Positions 24,960 through 35,283 of a stretch of DNA of 38,380 bases are shown piece after piece. The position numbers and the translations under genes were made by a program. How positions within the stretch are numbered: position 1 is the first letter of the stretch; the number at the start of each line of letters is the position of its first letter. The DNA is taken from IMG/VR virus record IMGVR_UViG_3300020045_000833, positions 1 through 38,380 of that record. One strand, given 5' to 3'. This stretch comes from a virus. Its lineage: Duplodnaviria; Caudoviricetes. A model generated the notes under the pieces. The model had not been told where the DNA came from. It saw only the letters and a program-made list of their open reading frames with translations, and made no database searches.

Positions 24960-25545
24960 ACAAGCGGCACAAGGCAACCTAGCGCGGGCTAATCAGGTCT
25001 CACAGATTGGCTATACGCCGTATTACGGGCCTGACGTTGCCGCTATGACGCCAACTCAGATTGCATCCATGCAGAACACTGGACAGGCTGCAAGCGCCTT
25101 TGGCCTTGGGTCTGCCGATCCTATGGCGGGTATGCCACAATCCCAGACATTTGCTGGTGGGGTGCAGGGCTATTCGTCCGCGCCGATGTATCAGCAGTCG
25201 GTTAATCAATTCGCGGCACAGAACCCCGGTCAAGCTGCGGCGATGGCGAATATGTTCATTAACCCGCAAACGGGTCAGATGGCTGGGGTAACGCCAGCCG
25301 TTCCGGTAGCGCCGACAGCGCCTGTATCCGGTGGTCGTGGAAGCGCACCGATCAACAGCAGCAGCAATTACAGCGGCAACACTGGCATGAACATGCCCGC
25401 GCCTGTTGTAGGCGGTTATACCGGCATCGGTGACTTTCTGAACGGTGGCGGGCCGAATAACAGCGGCACAGGGCTTTTGTCCGGCGTTGTGAACACGGTT
25501 GCAGGAACGGGCGGCAAGGGCAGCGGAATGGGCGGGGGTAAATAA
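24901..25545 (+). CDS. Internal virion / DNA ejection protein
   Basis: MAGGKGGSTTSKV.VPAW..., PY.GP.VA.MTP.Q; Gly/Ala/Gln-rich. Confidence 0.7.
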   Translation: MAGGKGGSTTSKVTVPAWLEQAAQGNLARANQVSQIGYTPYYGPDVAAMTPTQIASMQNTGQAASAFGLGSADPMAGMPQSQTFAGGVQGYSSAPMYQQSVNQFAAQNPGQAAAMANMFINPQTGQMAGVTPAVPVAPTAPVSGGRGSAPINSSSNYSGNTGMNMPAPVVGGYTGIGDFLNGGGPNNSGTGLLSGVVNTVAGTGGKGSGMGGGK

Positions 25546-25546
25546 C

Positions 25547-26167
25547 ATGGCAGGTTCGGGAAACCCCGCGCAGGTGCAGCAGCCGTCAAACGTCTACGGA
25601 CAGGCGGCGCAACAATATAACATGGCAGCGGCTGGTCCGAATATCGGCCAGTTTATGAACCCATACACGCAAGACGTGATTGGGCGCACTGGCATGGATA
25701 TGGCGCGACAGGCAGCGATGCAGCAGAACATGCTGGGCGCACAGGCGGGGGCCGCTGGTGCGTTTGGCGGGTCTCGCCATGGCGTAGCGGAAGGCACGAT
25801 GCTGGGCGACTATGGCCGCGCGTTTGGTGATATTGCCGCACAGCAACGGCAGCAAGGCTTTAACACCGCGCTAGGGGCGGCACAAAATCAGCAGGGCATC
25901 CAATCCAATCTTGCGAACCAAGGCTTCGGGTTCGGGCAGCAGATCGGGCAGACCCAGATGCAGCAAGGCACGGGCCAGCAGGCGATGATCCAGTCGCTAA
26001 TCGATGCGGCGAAGGGCCAGTATGCGGGTTATACTGGCGCGCCAATGCAATCATTGACCGCCCCGCTTGCGGCATTGGGCGCTGCTAACATGGGCCAATC
26101 TACCACGACGCAAAGCCAAAAGCCGGGGCTGTTTAACTACATGAGCCTGTTGCTTGGGGGGCTGTGA
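25547..26167 (+). CDS. Internal virion / DNA ejection protein
   Basis: FMNPYTQDVI, AGAFGGSR.GVAE; Gln/Gly-rich; ATG at 25547. Confidence 0.7.
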   Translation: MAGSGNPAQVQQPSNVYGQAAQQYNMAAAGPNIGQFMNPYTQDVIGRTGMDMARQAAMQQNMLGAQAGAAGAFGGSRHGVAEGTMLGDYGRAFGDIAAQQRQQGFNTALGAAQNQQGIQSNLANQGFGFGQQIGQTQMQQGTGQQAMIQSLIDAAKGQYAGYTGAPMQSLTAPLAALGAANMGQSTTTQSQKPGLFNYMSLLLGGL

Positions 26168-26805
26168 TGCAGGACCAGATCATTGCAGGGCTTGTAGCGC
26201 GGGGAATGCCTGAACACATTGCGCGCGGCTTTGCAATGAACTTCGCAGATGAAAGCGCGTTCAATCCTACGGCAGTCGGTGATAACGGCAACGCCTATGG
26301 ATTGGCACAGTGGAACGGGCCGCGCAAACGTGCGCTAGAGGCTTACGCTGCGAACACTGGCCGATCGGCGGCTGATCCGAATGTGCAACTCGATTACCTT
26401 ATGACTGAGTTGCAGGGGCCAGAGGCTGGGGCGTGGAGCAAGATTGCGGCGGCACCTGATGCAAACGCGGCGGCAGCGGCTGTGCTGAATTACTTTGAGC
26501 GTCCCGCCGAGGCGCACCGTGCGCGCCGTGAAGCTGAGTATCTTGGCGTCGCACGATCCGCATTGCCTTCGCAGTATGCGCCACAGCCTACGCCAACGGG
26601 GTTGATGACTACGCCAATGGCGCAGCCTGATCCGATGCAAGGTCTGTCGCCGCTAGAGCGTATGCTGGCTGCTGGTGGGTTTGCGCAGGACGCCAAGGCG
26701 GCACCGATTGCGAATATCTGGAATGCACTGTCAGGCAAGCGTGGGCCTGTCACCGCGCAAGGTCAATCCGGCCTTGGTGGGCTTTTGAAAATGCTGGGGG
26801 CTTAA
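26164..26805 (+). CDS. Virion-associated lysozyme-like protein (phage tail lysozyme family)
   Basis: GFAMNFADESAFNP...GDNG.AYGLAQW.G.RK...QLDYL..EL...FERP. Confidence 0.85.
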   Translation: MMQDQIIAGLVARGMPEHIARGFAMNFADESAFNPTAVGDNGNAYGLAQWNGPRKRALEAYAANTGRSAADPNVQLDYLMTELQGPEAGAWSKIAAAPDANAAAAAVLNYFERPAEAHRARREAEYLGVARSALPSQYAPQPTPTGLMTTPMAQPDPMQGLSPLERMLAAGGFAQDAKAAPIANIWNALSGKRGPVTAQGQSGLGGLLKMLGA

Positions 26806-28017
26806 ATGGCTGGTCAGATTACGATGGATGAATTGTTGCGGGCCTTCGGTCGGCCTATGGCACCTGTGCAGAACGTGCAGGACGCGCCTGTGGGGCTTCT
26901 GGCATCGCCGCAAGCACCTGCACCGCAAATGCCGCAACAATCGCCACAGCAAGAGCCTGCCAAGCGTGGCGGGCTGTTTGGGTTCCTTGCCGATCCAGAC
27001 GCACGGGCGCGGCTGGCGATTGCGCTTGAAGGCATGACGATGAACCCCAATCAGGCCTACATGCAGTCGCTGCAAGAAGGCGTTAAGACGCGCAAGGAAA
27101 CCAAGGCTGCGACTGAGGCCAAGAATAAAACGGCTGCATGGTTGCGGTCGCAAGGGCGCGAAGATTTAGCGGCTGCGATTGAGGCTGGCGTTATGTCTGG
27201 ATCGGATGCGGCTAGCTTGGCTATGACGCCCGCGCAGGCTAATGTCCCTGCTGGAGTTGCAGAGCTGCAATGGCGCGCAGAGCAAGCCGGTTTGACGCCC
27301 GGAACTCCGGAATATCAGGCTTTCATCATGGGAGGCGGCAAAGGCCCGCTTGTGGACTTCACCGGGGCAAATATCGGCGGCGCAAGTGAAGTTGGCACCA
27401 TCCCGCAAGGGTATGAATTGTTTGTTGATCCGGCCACGGGCGCGCGGTCTATGCGGCCAATCCCCGGCGGGCCTGAGGATACGTCCAAGCAAACGCAAAA
27501 GCAGGCTGGCGCGGCTGAAATCGCTGGCGGCACGATCATCTCGGCAGCACAACGCGCACGAGAAGCGGCACAAGGACCTACTGCTACCGGCCTTACTGGC
27601 GCTGCACTGAGCTACATCCCAACGTCGCAAGCTGCTGAGGTATATCGACAGGTTGATGTTTTGAAGTCGCAGGCCAAGGTTGAAAACCTAACTGCCATGC
27701 GGGCGGCGTCACCAACCGGCGGCGCGCTTGGTTCTGTGACCGAAAAAGAAGCAGAAATGCTTGCGGCAAAGTCTGGTGCGCTTGACCCGAAAAGCCCGAA
27801 TTTCATGCGCGATCTTGACGATTACGAATTGACGCTGCTGCAAACGATTCATGGGCCGGAAGCTGGCAAGGCAATCTTTGATCAGTCGCGGAACGGTGCG
27901 CCAATCTCGTCTGTCGGTGGCGCGCCTATGCAGATCAATAGCGATTCAGAATATGACGCGCTACCATCTGGGGCTGAATTTGTCGGGCCTGATGGTCTCA
28001 AGCGGAGGAAACCTTAA
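26806..28017 (+). CDS. Internal virion / DNA ejection protein
   Basis: Pro/Gln-rich N-terminus; GGALGSVTEKE..ML; C-terminal YDALPSGAEFVGPDG..RRKP. Confidence 0.7.
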   Translation: MAGQITMDELLRAFGRPMAPVQNVQDAPVGLLASPQAPAPQMPQQSPQQEPAKRGGLFGFLADPDARARLAIALEGMTMNPNQAYMQSLQEGVKTRKETKAATEAKNKTAAWLRSQGREDLAAAIEAGVMSGSDAASLAMTPAQANVPAGVAELQWRAEQAGLTPGTPEYQAFIMGGGKGPLVDFTGANIGGASEVGTIPQGYELFVDPATGARSMRPIPGGPEDTSKQTQKQAGAAEIAGGTIISAAQRAREAAQGPTATGLTGAALSYIPTSQAAEVYRQVDVLKSQAKVENLTAMRAASPTGGALGSVTEKEAEMLAAKSGALDPKSPNFMRDLDDYELTLLQTIHGPEAGKAIFDQSRNGAPISSVGGAPMQINSDSEYDALPSGAEFVGPDGLKRRKP

Positions 28018-30191
28018 TGGGTTGGGCTGATGCGCCTGTCGTAAACGGCGGGGAAAAGTGGAAATCTGCGCCTGTAAGCGAAGATATTATTGCGTCATAT
28101 GCTGATGGTGGGCGAGTAATTCGCAGTCAAGAAGGCAAGCTGTCGTTTGTCAGCCCGTCATATTCAACAAATGATCCTGCAATCATTGCAAAGATCATGG
28201 AGACGCAAAAACCGCAAGAAGCTGTAAAGGCAAAAACCCGCGAAGATATCATTGCACAAAACCCAATCGCAGCGCGCGCAACCAAGTTTGTTGAGGGCGT
28301 TCCGTTCCTCGGGTCTTACGTTGATGAGTTGATTGGAGCGGCTGCTGGGCCTGAGGCAGCGGCTGGCGTTCGGGCGCTATCAGGGGCAATGCAAGAGCAA
28401 AAGCCGTGGCAGTCAACTGGCCTTGGGCTTCTTGGCGGGATCACCGGGACTGCGGCAACCGTAGCGGCAACTCCTGCAAAAGTGATGTCTGCAATTGCAG
28501 GCCCTACAGGTATGCGCACCCTTCCGGCCATTGGCCGTGGGCTGCTTGCTGGCGCGGCTGGTGGCGCTGTAGAGGGCGGCATCTATGGCGCTGGCACCGG
28601 CACAGATGCGGCGTCGCGGGCGGCTAACGCTGGCACAGGAGCAGCGGTTGGCGGGCTTCTTGGTGGCGCTCTTGGCGGCGCAATGCCGTTGATTGCCAAA
28701 GGCGCAGAGAACGTCGCCGGATACTTCCGCCGCAGCGATGTTGATAGCATCGCGCAAGAGCTTGGCATCTCAAAACAAGCCGCAACTGTTATTCGCAACA
28801 CGTTTGACCAAGGCGGCGACTTCCAAGCCGCGCGGGATGCGGTCTTGCGGGCTGGCGACGAAGGCATGGTTGCAGATGCTGGCTTTGCAGCACAGGCTCT
28901 GCTTGATGCGTCCGCATCTACAGGCGGTCAGGCTGGCACAATCGCCCGCAATGAGATTGAGGGGCGCATGGTTCGCACTAATGCGGCGCTTGAAAGCAAC
29001 CTTGATACAGCATTGGGGCCAGCCCCGCTTGGGCCTAAGACTGCCGTTGCAGACATTGCCAAGCGCACTGCGCCTGCCCGTGATCTGGCCTATACCACGG
29101 CATACAGCACGCCGATTGACTACTCATCGCAGCAAGGGCGGCAGATCGAGGAAGTAATCGGGCGGATCGCGCCGGATGACCTAATCTCAGGCATCACCGA
29201 AGCTAATAAGGAAATGCTTGCGCGCGGTGAAGTCAATCAGCAGATCATGGCCGTCCTTGGGCCAGATGGTAAAGTTGAATTCCTGCGCAAAATGCCAAAC
29301 GTGCGGCAGCTTGACGAAATCAAGAAGGCTTTGCAGCGCATTGCCTATTCGCGGGCTAACACTGATGACTTTGGGCGGCTTACCGGCACAGGCCAGCGGT
29401 ATGCTGACCTTGCGCGCCAATTGAAAGAAGCTACAGCAAGCGCCGTGCCTGACTACGCATCTGCCGTATCTATCGGCGGCGATAAGCTGGCAGAGGAACG
29501 GGCGTTTGGCTTGGGGCGTGATCTGCTTAGCCCGAAAACTGAGGTTGAGGATATCGGCCTAGAACTAGGGAAAAGTCCTTCGCAAGCGCAACTGTCGGCG
29601 GCTAAGTCTGGCCTTCGAAGCTATATTGACAAGGTTATGGGCGATGTTCGCGCAGTTGCATCTGACCCTAACATTGACGCCCGCGAGGTCATTAAGGCGG
29701 TTAGTGATCTAAGCAGCGCAAACGCTCGCACAAAGATCAGGTTGTTGATGGGCAAAGAAGCTGATGCTTTACTGAAGCAGGTTGACCAAGCGGCGCAAAG
29801 CGCAACCGTTCGCGCGGCAATGGCAACAAACACAAAAACAGCAATTCGCCGAAACATTCGTGAAGATGTTATTGGGCTGACTGAGCCGGGCATCATCGGA
29901 AGCGCCATGCAGGGCGAACCTGTCAACACGTCAAAAGCCCTCATTCAGGCTATCACAGGGCAAACAAAAGAATATACTGTCGCGCAGCAGCAGAAAATCT
30001 TTGCTGACATTGCAAAGGCATTGACGCAAAAGAAAGGCAAGTCGGCTTTGGCGGCATTGGACTATATCCAGAAAGCTATTGCTGGTCAGCCAATGACGGC
30101 GGCGCAGAATGAGTTTGTCGCGCAGCAAATCGCGGCGACTGGTCTACTTGGCGGCATCCCCGCTTCACAAGAAATGTTTGGGGCTAGGTAA
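28017..30191 (+). CDS. Large internal virion / DNA ejection protein
   Basis: 724 aa; Gly/Ala-rich membrane-like segments then a long helical region; last gene in the ejection series. Confidence 0.7.
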   Translation: MGWADAPVVNGGEKWKSAPVSEDIIASYADGGRVIRSQEGKLSFVSPSYSTNDPAIIAKIMETQKPQEAVKAKTREDIIAQNPIAARATKFVEGVPFLGSYVDELIGAAAGPEAAAGVRALSGAMQEQKPWQSTGLGLLGGITGTAATVAATPAKVMSAIAGPTGMRTLPAIGRGLLAGAAGGAVEGGIYGAGTGTDAASRAANAGTGAAVGGLLGGALGGAMPLIAKGAENVAGYFRRSDVDSIAQELGISKQAATVIRNTFDQGGDFQAARDAVLRAGDEGMVADAGFAAQALLDASASTGGQAGTIARNEIEGRMVRTNAALESNLDTALGPAPLGPKTAVADIAKRTAPARDLAYTTAYSTPIDYSSQQGRQIEEVIGRIAPDDLISGITEANKEMLARGEVNQQIMAVLGPDGKVEFLRKMPNVRQLDEIKKALQRIAYSRANTDDFGRLTGTGQRYADLARQLKEATASAVPDYASAVSIGGDKLAEERAFGLGRDLLSPKTEVEDIGLELGKSPSQAQLSAAKSGLRSYIDKVMGDVRAVASDPNIDAREVIKAVSDLSSANARTKIRLLMGKEADALLKQVDQAAQSATVRAAMATNTKTAIRRNIREDVIGLTEPGIIGSAMQGEPVNTSKALIQAITGQTKEYTVAQQQKIFADIAKALTQKKGKSALAALDYIQKAIAGQPMTAAQNEFVAQQIAATGLLGGIPASQEMFGAR

Positions 30192-32272
30192 TGAAACCGA
30201 CAAAGCTGACAAAAGACCAAATTCAAAACACGCTCACCACGGCAATCACGGAAGCGGTTGACTTTGTGGAAAGCGAAATTGCGCCGGATCGGATCAAGGC
30301 GCAACGATACGTTGACGGCAAGGTTGACATTACCGCAGAAGATGGTCGGTCAAAGATTGTGGCAACCAAGTGCCGCGACACCATCCGCGCCGTTAAGCCG
30401 TCGCTGATGCGGGTATTCTTGCAGGCAGATAAGCCTGTGGAGTTTATCCCGCGCAGCCCGCAGGCAGCGGTTGAGGCTGATCAGAAAACCAACTACGCGC
30501 AGTATGTGTTTGAAAAGAATGGCGGCTTTATGCTGCTGTCTGATGCAATTGACGACGCGCTAAAGAAAAAGGTCGGCATCCTCAAGGCATATCACCAAGA
30601 AGAAACAGACGCCGAAATTGACGAATACACGGGCCTTACGGAAGATCAGGTTGCGCTGATCAAGATGGACCCTGATGTTGAAGTCATCGAAGAAGGCGTT
30701 GAGGTTGAGGCTGTCATCGATCCGACTGGAATGATGATCCAGCCGCCTATCTATGAAATGAAGGTTTCGCGCACGTCGCGGCGCGGTGAAATCAAGATTG
30801 ATACTATTGCGCCGGAAGACTTCTTTGTGGATCGGTCGGCCAAGTCGATTAAAGATTGCTACGTCTGCGGGCATAGCACAGAAGCCCGCGTCGGCGATCT
30901 AGTGGCAATGGGGTTTGACTTCTCGGAAGTCTATGACTTGTCAGGTGTGAACGATAGCGGCGTTGATGGCGAGGAAAACTTGCAGCGCAACGGATGGGAT
31001 GACGCATCCGACCAAGACGCAAATGATCCATCCATGCGCAAGGTGCTGTTTACCGAAGCATATATGCGGATGGATATTGAAGGCATCGGCGTTCCGAAGC
31101 TGTATAAATTCCTGTGCGCGGGGCAGAAATACACCGTCCTTGACTATGAGCTTGCAGACGTAAACCCATTTGCGGTGTTTGAGGTTGACCCGGAAGCGCA
31201 TACGTTCTTCGGGCGGTCTCTGGTGGAAATCATCATTGAAGATCAGGACGCCAGCACTGTGCTATTGCGCGGGATGCTGGACAATCTCGCCATGCTGAAC
31301 AACCCGCGCCTTGTGGTAGGCCAAGGCGTCAACATGGATGACGTGCTGAACAACGAGATCGGCGCAATCATCCGCACCAAGGACATTACCCAGCTTCGGG
31401 AAATCACCATCGGCGGGGCCGCAACGGCTATCCTGCCCGCGATGATGTATTACGACGAGGCCATTCGCGGAAAGACAGGCGTGTCTGGAGCCGGTATGGG
31501 TCTTGATGCGGACGTTCTGCAATCTCAGACCGCGCAGGGCGTCAATGCCGCTGTGCAGGCCGCTAATCAAGTCTCCGAGCTTATTGCGCGTCACTTGGCA
31601 GAAGGCGGCATGAAGCAGCTTTTCCAGATCATCGCGCAACTGGCACGGCAGAACCCTAACCCCGAAGAAATGATGCGGGTGAATGGTCAATTCATGCCTG
31701 TTGATCCGCGCTCTTGGACTTCATCCATGGATATGTCTGTGAATGTCGGCCTTGGCACTGGCAAGCACGAAGAAAAGGCCATGGTTCTGCGCGAAACCCT
31801 GCAAACGCAGATGGGGATCTGGCAGGCATACGGTCCGCAAAACGGCATTGTCACCATGACGCACATTCGCCAGACCTTGGCGGATATCCTGCGGCATAGC
31901 GGCATGTATAACGCTGATCGGTATTACGCGCCCATGAACCCGCAAACTGAGCAACAGCTTATGATGCAGGCCGCACAAGCAGCGCAAGGGCAACAGCCGC
32001 AGGGCGATCCGAATGCCGCATTCTTGCAGGCAGAGCAAATGAAAACATCAGCCCGCGTGCAGGCTGACATGGCAAAAACTGCGCTTGACGCTAAGAAGCT
32101 GCAAATGGATGACGACCGCGAGCGGGATAAGATGGCGCAGGACTTGGCAATCAAGGTTGCGGAAATCTTGGCTAAAACTGGCGTTCAGTTGAACACTTCC
32201 AGCCTAAAAGCCGAGCAAGCAATGCCGCGCCCGATGCAACCGCAAATTGGCGGGATGATGCCAAATGTCTGA
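30191..32272 (+). CDS. Portal protein (P22-like)
   Basis: GRSKIV...RDTI....PSLMRVF; DALKKKVGILK; PEDFFVD; H.FFGRSL; LLRGMLDN; VNVGLGTG; Gln-rich barrel tail. Confidence 0.92.
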   Translation: MKPTKLTKDQIQNTLTTAITEAVDFVESEIAPDRIKAQRYVDGKVDITAEDGRSKIVATKCRDTIRAVKPSLMRVFLQADKPVEFIPRSPQAAVEADQKTNYAQYVFEKNGGFMLLSDAIDDALKKKVGILKAYHQEETDAEIDEYTGLTEDQVALIKMDPDVEVIEEGVEVEAVIDPTGMMIQPPIYEMKVSRTSRRGEIKIDTIAPEDFFVDRSAKSIKDCYVCGHSTEARVGDLVAMGFDFSEVYDLSGVNDSGVDGEENLQRNGWDDASDQDANDPSMRKVLFTEAYMRMDIEGIGVPKLYKFLCAGQKYTVLDYELADVNPFAVFEVDPEAHTFFGRSLVEIIIEDQDASTVLLRGMLDNLAMLNNPRLVVGQGVNMDDVLNNEIGAIIRTKDITQLREITIGGAATAILPAMMYYDEAIRGKTGVSGAGMGLDADVLQSQTAQGVNAAVQAANQVSELIARHLAEGGMKQLFQIIAQLARQNPNPEEMMRVNGQFMPVDPRSWTSSMDMSVNVGLGTGKHEEKAMVLRETLQTQMGIWQAYGPQNGIVTMTHIRQTLADILRHSGMYNADRYYAPMNPQTEQQLMMQAAQAAQGQQPQGDPNAAFLQAEQMKTSARVQADMAKTALDAKKLQMDDDRERDKMAQDLAIKVAEILAKTGVQLNTSSLKAEQAMPRPMQPQIGGMMPNV

Positions 32273-32516
32273 TATCAAGCGCAAAGCCGCAGAAGCTAGA
32301 GCGTTGCTAAATGATCCTGCATTTCAAGATATTGTGGATGAAATTAAGCAAGACGCGGTGGCATTGTTTTTGCGCCCTAAATGTAGTATTGAAGACATGC
32401 AAGCCGCACATGATCGTGTGCAGTCAACCCAAACATTCCTTGACGCATTGCAGGCGCGAATTGACGCCGAGATGATAGAGGATAAAAAGAAAGGTCAGGA
32501 CCGCCGTGGCGACTGA
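32265..32516 (+). CDS. Small helical protein between portal and scaffold
   Basis: A.EARALLNDPAF motif; overlaps both neighbours. Confidence 0.75.
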   Translation: MSDIKRKAAEARALLNDPAFQDIVDEIKQDAVALFLRPKCSIEDMQAAHDRVQSTQTFLDALQARIDAEMIEDKKKGQDRRGD

Positions 32517-33444
32517 TGAAACGATGGAAGCCGCTGTTGAAAAAATGTTCGAGCCGATTGTGGCAGAGCAGGATGATAACGTTCTTGAGGAAGTCCAAGA
32601 CGACACGGTGGAAACCGATACCGCTGATGATGACGTAGCGGAAGATGAAACGTCAATCGAAGACGAGGATGAAGACACAGAGGACGCCGATCCTGAGCCC
32701 ATCTCTAAATTCACCGTCAAGGTTGACGGCACGGAAGTTGAGGTTTCGCTTGATGATCTAAAGCGGTCTTATTCTGGGCAGGCTTACATCCAGAAGGGTA
32801 TGCAAGAAGCTGCGGAAGCCAAGAAACAGGCAACCGCGCTTTATGATACGCTTCAAAAGCAGCAGTCGGAATTCCTTGCGGTTGTGCAGCAAGTGCAGCA
32901 GCAGGGTTTCCAAAGGCCGCCCCAAGAGCCTGATATGGCGATGATGGAAAGTGATCCCATCGGATACATGCAGGCAGAGGCACGATACCGCAAAGAAATG
33001 AGCGCATTCGTGCAGCAGCAACAGCAATTGCAGCAGGTGCAAGCGCAACAGTCCCAACTCCAAGAGCGGGCTATGCAGGAATACCTGAAAGAGCAATTGA
33101 GCGTCTTGCAGTCGAAAATCCCTGAATTCTCTGACGCCAAAAAGGCAGGGGAATTGCGGGCGAAACTGATCAAGACAGGGGCGGAGGCGTATGGCTTTAC
33201 GGAGGCTGAATTGGGCGGCATCACTGATGCGCGTCACGTTCAGGTTCTACATGACGCCGCAAAATGGCGAGAGCTTCAAGCGAGTAAGGCAGTGGCGAAA
33301 AAGCCGCATGATGCACCTCGCAGCGTGAAGCCCGCAGGAAAGCGGCCTGAGCCTGTGCAATTGGCTACTGCTCGTAAACTGGAACAAGCGCGTAAGTCAG
33401 GGAAGCCTGAGGCTTTCATTGATCTTATGTTCAAACGCAACTGA
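32506..33444 (+). CDS. Scaffolding protein
   Basis: Acidic N-terminus; FTVKVDG.E.EVSLDDL..SYS; DPIGY; IPEF; D.RHV..L.DA.KW. Confidence 0.88.
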   Translation: MATDETMEAAVEKMFEPIVAEQDDNVLEEVQDDTVETDTADDDVAEDETSIEDEDEDTEDADPEPISKFTVKVDGTEVEVSLDDLKRSYSGQAYIQKGMQEAAEAKKQATALYDTLQKQQSEFLAVVQQVQQQGFQRPPQEPDMAMMESDPIGYMQAEARYRKEMSAFVQQQQQLQQVQAQQSQLQERAMQEYLKEQLSVLQSKIPEFSDAKKAGELRAKLIKTGAEAYGFTEAELGGITDARHVQVLHDAAKWRELQASKAVAKKPHDAPRSVKPAGKRPEPVQLATARKLEQARKSGKPEAFIDLMFKRN

Positions 33445-33457
33445 ATAGGAGTGCATC

Positions 33458-34414
33458 ATGGCACAACCGACCAATACCCTTGACAGCTACGATATCCGTG
33501 GCATTCGTGAAGACCTTGAGGACGTGATCTACGATATCTCGCCCGAGGAAACCCCGTTCTACACCGCCTGCGGCAAGGCAACCGCATCGGCCACTTATCA
33601 TGAGTGGCAGACCGACGCCCTGCGCGCATCGGCCACCAACGCGCACATTGAAGGCGACGACACCGTTGCTGAAACCCGCGCGGCAACCGTGCGTCTGGGC
33701 AACTACACCCAGATTTTCAAAAACGCGGTCAACATTCCCGGCACCGATGCTGGCCTGAAAAAGGCTGGTCGTGGCCGCGAAATGGCGTTCCAAGTACTGA
33801 AGGTTGCCAAAGAGCAAAAGCTCGATATCGAAAAGGCTCTGTTTGCCAACCAAGCTCGCTCGGCTGGCTCCAGCGTTGCTGCTCGTTATCTTGCCGGTGC
33901 TCCTGCATGGCTCTACACCAACACCGAATTTGAAAGCGGTTCCGGCGGTGCAGACCCGACTGGCGATGGCACCAACGCTCGCACCGATGCAAGTTCGCCC
34001 ACTGCATTCTCGCAGGCCAAATTTGACCGTGTTATGACGCAAATCTGGCAATCTGGCGGAAAGCCCGATGTTGTTTATCTGTCTGCATTTCAGATGAACG
34101 TCGCGCAGGGGTTCACTGGTAACAACAACCAGAATTCTGTGATCGATGCCGCGAAGAATAAGGTCGTCAAATATATGTCGATCTATGTCACCGCATACGG
34201 AACGATTGAATTCAAACCAACCCGCGAAAACCGCTCGCGCGATGTGTTTATCCTTCAATCGGATATGTGGTCTGTCGGTGTTCTGCGGGCTACGCGCAAT
34301 GAGGAACTGGCGAAAACTGGCGACAACGAAAAGCGCCAAGTCGTCACCGAACTGACGCTGATCTCGAAGAACGAAAAGGCTTCTGGCGCAATCTACGACA
34401 ACACGACTTCGTGA
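33458..34414 (+). CDS. Major capsid protein (DUF5309 / SU10-like)
   Basis: GIREDL.D.IYDISPEETPF; HEWQTDAL; EGDD; R.GNYTQIF; ELAKTGD.EK; strong codon bias; SD AGGAG. Confidence 0.93.
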   Translation: MAQPTNTLDSYDIRGIREDLEDVIYDISPEETPFYTACGKATASATYHEWQTDALRASATNAHIEGDDTVAETRAATVRLGNYTQIFKNAVNIPGTDAGLKKAGRGREMAFQVLKVAKEQKLDIEKALFANQARSAGSSVAARYLAGAPAWLYTNTEFESGSGGADPTGDGTNARTDASSPTAFSQAKFDRVMTQIWQSGGKPDVVYLSAFQMNVAQGFTGNNNQNSVIDAAKNKVVKYMSIYVTAYGTIEFKPTRENRSRDVFILQSDMWSVGVLRATRNEELAKTGDNEKRQVVTELTLISKNEKASGAIYDNTTS

Positions 34415-34418
34415 CTTT

Positions 34419-34444
34419 GAGCGGGCGGGATAATCCGCCCGTTT
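34419..34444 (+). terminator. Terminator hairpin after the capsid gene
   Basis: GCGGGCGG-GATAAT-CCGCCCGT followed by TT. Confidence 0.65.
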
Positions 34445-34470
34445 AACCTTCCCAATCAAAGGAGGCTGTT

Positions 34471-34914
34471 ATGCCCTCGCAATATTTTGACACCTACGGG
34501 ATCGTTACGGTCACGGCTTCGACTGTTACGATCACCGCCGATGGCTATGTTGGCCAGCGGATCATCATGAACCGCGCGGCTGGTATCACCGCCACGCTTC
34601 CTGCTGCAACTGGTTCGGGCAACCGTTACGAATTCATCGGCTTGGCTGATGCATCGGGTAGCCAGATCATCAAGGTGGCAAACGCTACCGACGTGATGAT
34701 GGGCTGGGCTGCGCTTGGCAACGATACCGCGTCGTCGTCCAACTTCTACACGGCTGACACTTCGGACACGATCACCCTGAACGGCACCACGACCGGAGGC
34801 TATAAGGGGTGGCGAGTTGTTTGCGATGATATCGCAAGCGGCTTCTGGGCTGTTACCGTGGCATCGGAAGCGTCTGGCACCGAGGCCACGCCGTTCTCGG
34901 CTACTGTGTCCTAA
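34471..34914 (+). CDS. Putative capsid decoration / minor virion protein
   Basis: SD GGAGG; TLPAATGSG..Y.F; DTITLNGTTTGG..G; ATPFS; directly after the MCP. Confidence 0.7.
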   Translation: MPSQYFDTYGIVTVTASTVTITADGYVGQRIIMNRAAGITATLPAATGSGNRYEFIGLADASGSQIIKVANATDVMMGWAALGNDTASSSNFYTADTSDTITLNGTTTGGYKGWRVVCDDIASGFWAVTVASEASGTEATPFSATVS

Positions 34915-34920
34915 TCAATC

Positions 34921-34943
34921 AGGCGGGGTGAATAGCCCCGCCT
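34921..34943 (+). terminator. GC-rich hairpin after the decoration gene
   Basis: AGGCGGGGT-GAATA-GCCCCGCCT; lacks a strong U tail. Confidence 0.5.
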
Positions 34944-34959
34944 ATCCCATGGGGGCAAT

Positions 34960-35283
34960 ATGATCCTAGTGACCATCACCGCAGGTGCGGGCGACTATCT
35001 GGCGGGCGATATCATGACGCTAGGTGACGCGCAAAAGATCAAGAAACAGCACGGGGCTTTGGACTATGAAACTGCGCGAGGAAATGAAGGTAGATGGCGA
35101 TCACTTGGTGATCAAGCAGACCCACGACTTCACGCCGATCTTGGACAGAGCGAAGCAGTTGCGGGATATCGGGGCAGCGAAGTTCGGGGAGAGCCGACTG
35201 GTGGGCGTGATCCCTATGAAGCTGTGGGCCGAGTGGGCCAAGAAGTGGGGCGTAAACGCGGGCGACCACGCCGCAATGCGTGA
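34960..35283 (+). CDS. Possible protein ending in an AT-hook-like motif; overlaps the next gene
   Basis: ATG after GGGGG; fills the gap after the hairpin; ends KRGRPRRNA. Confidence 0.45.
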   Translation: MILVTITAGAGDYLAGDIMTLGDAQKIKKQHGALDYETARGNEGRWRSLGDQADPRLHADLGQSEAVAGYRGSEVRGEPTGGRDPYEAVGRVGQEVGRKRGRPRRNA

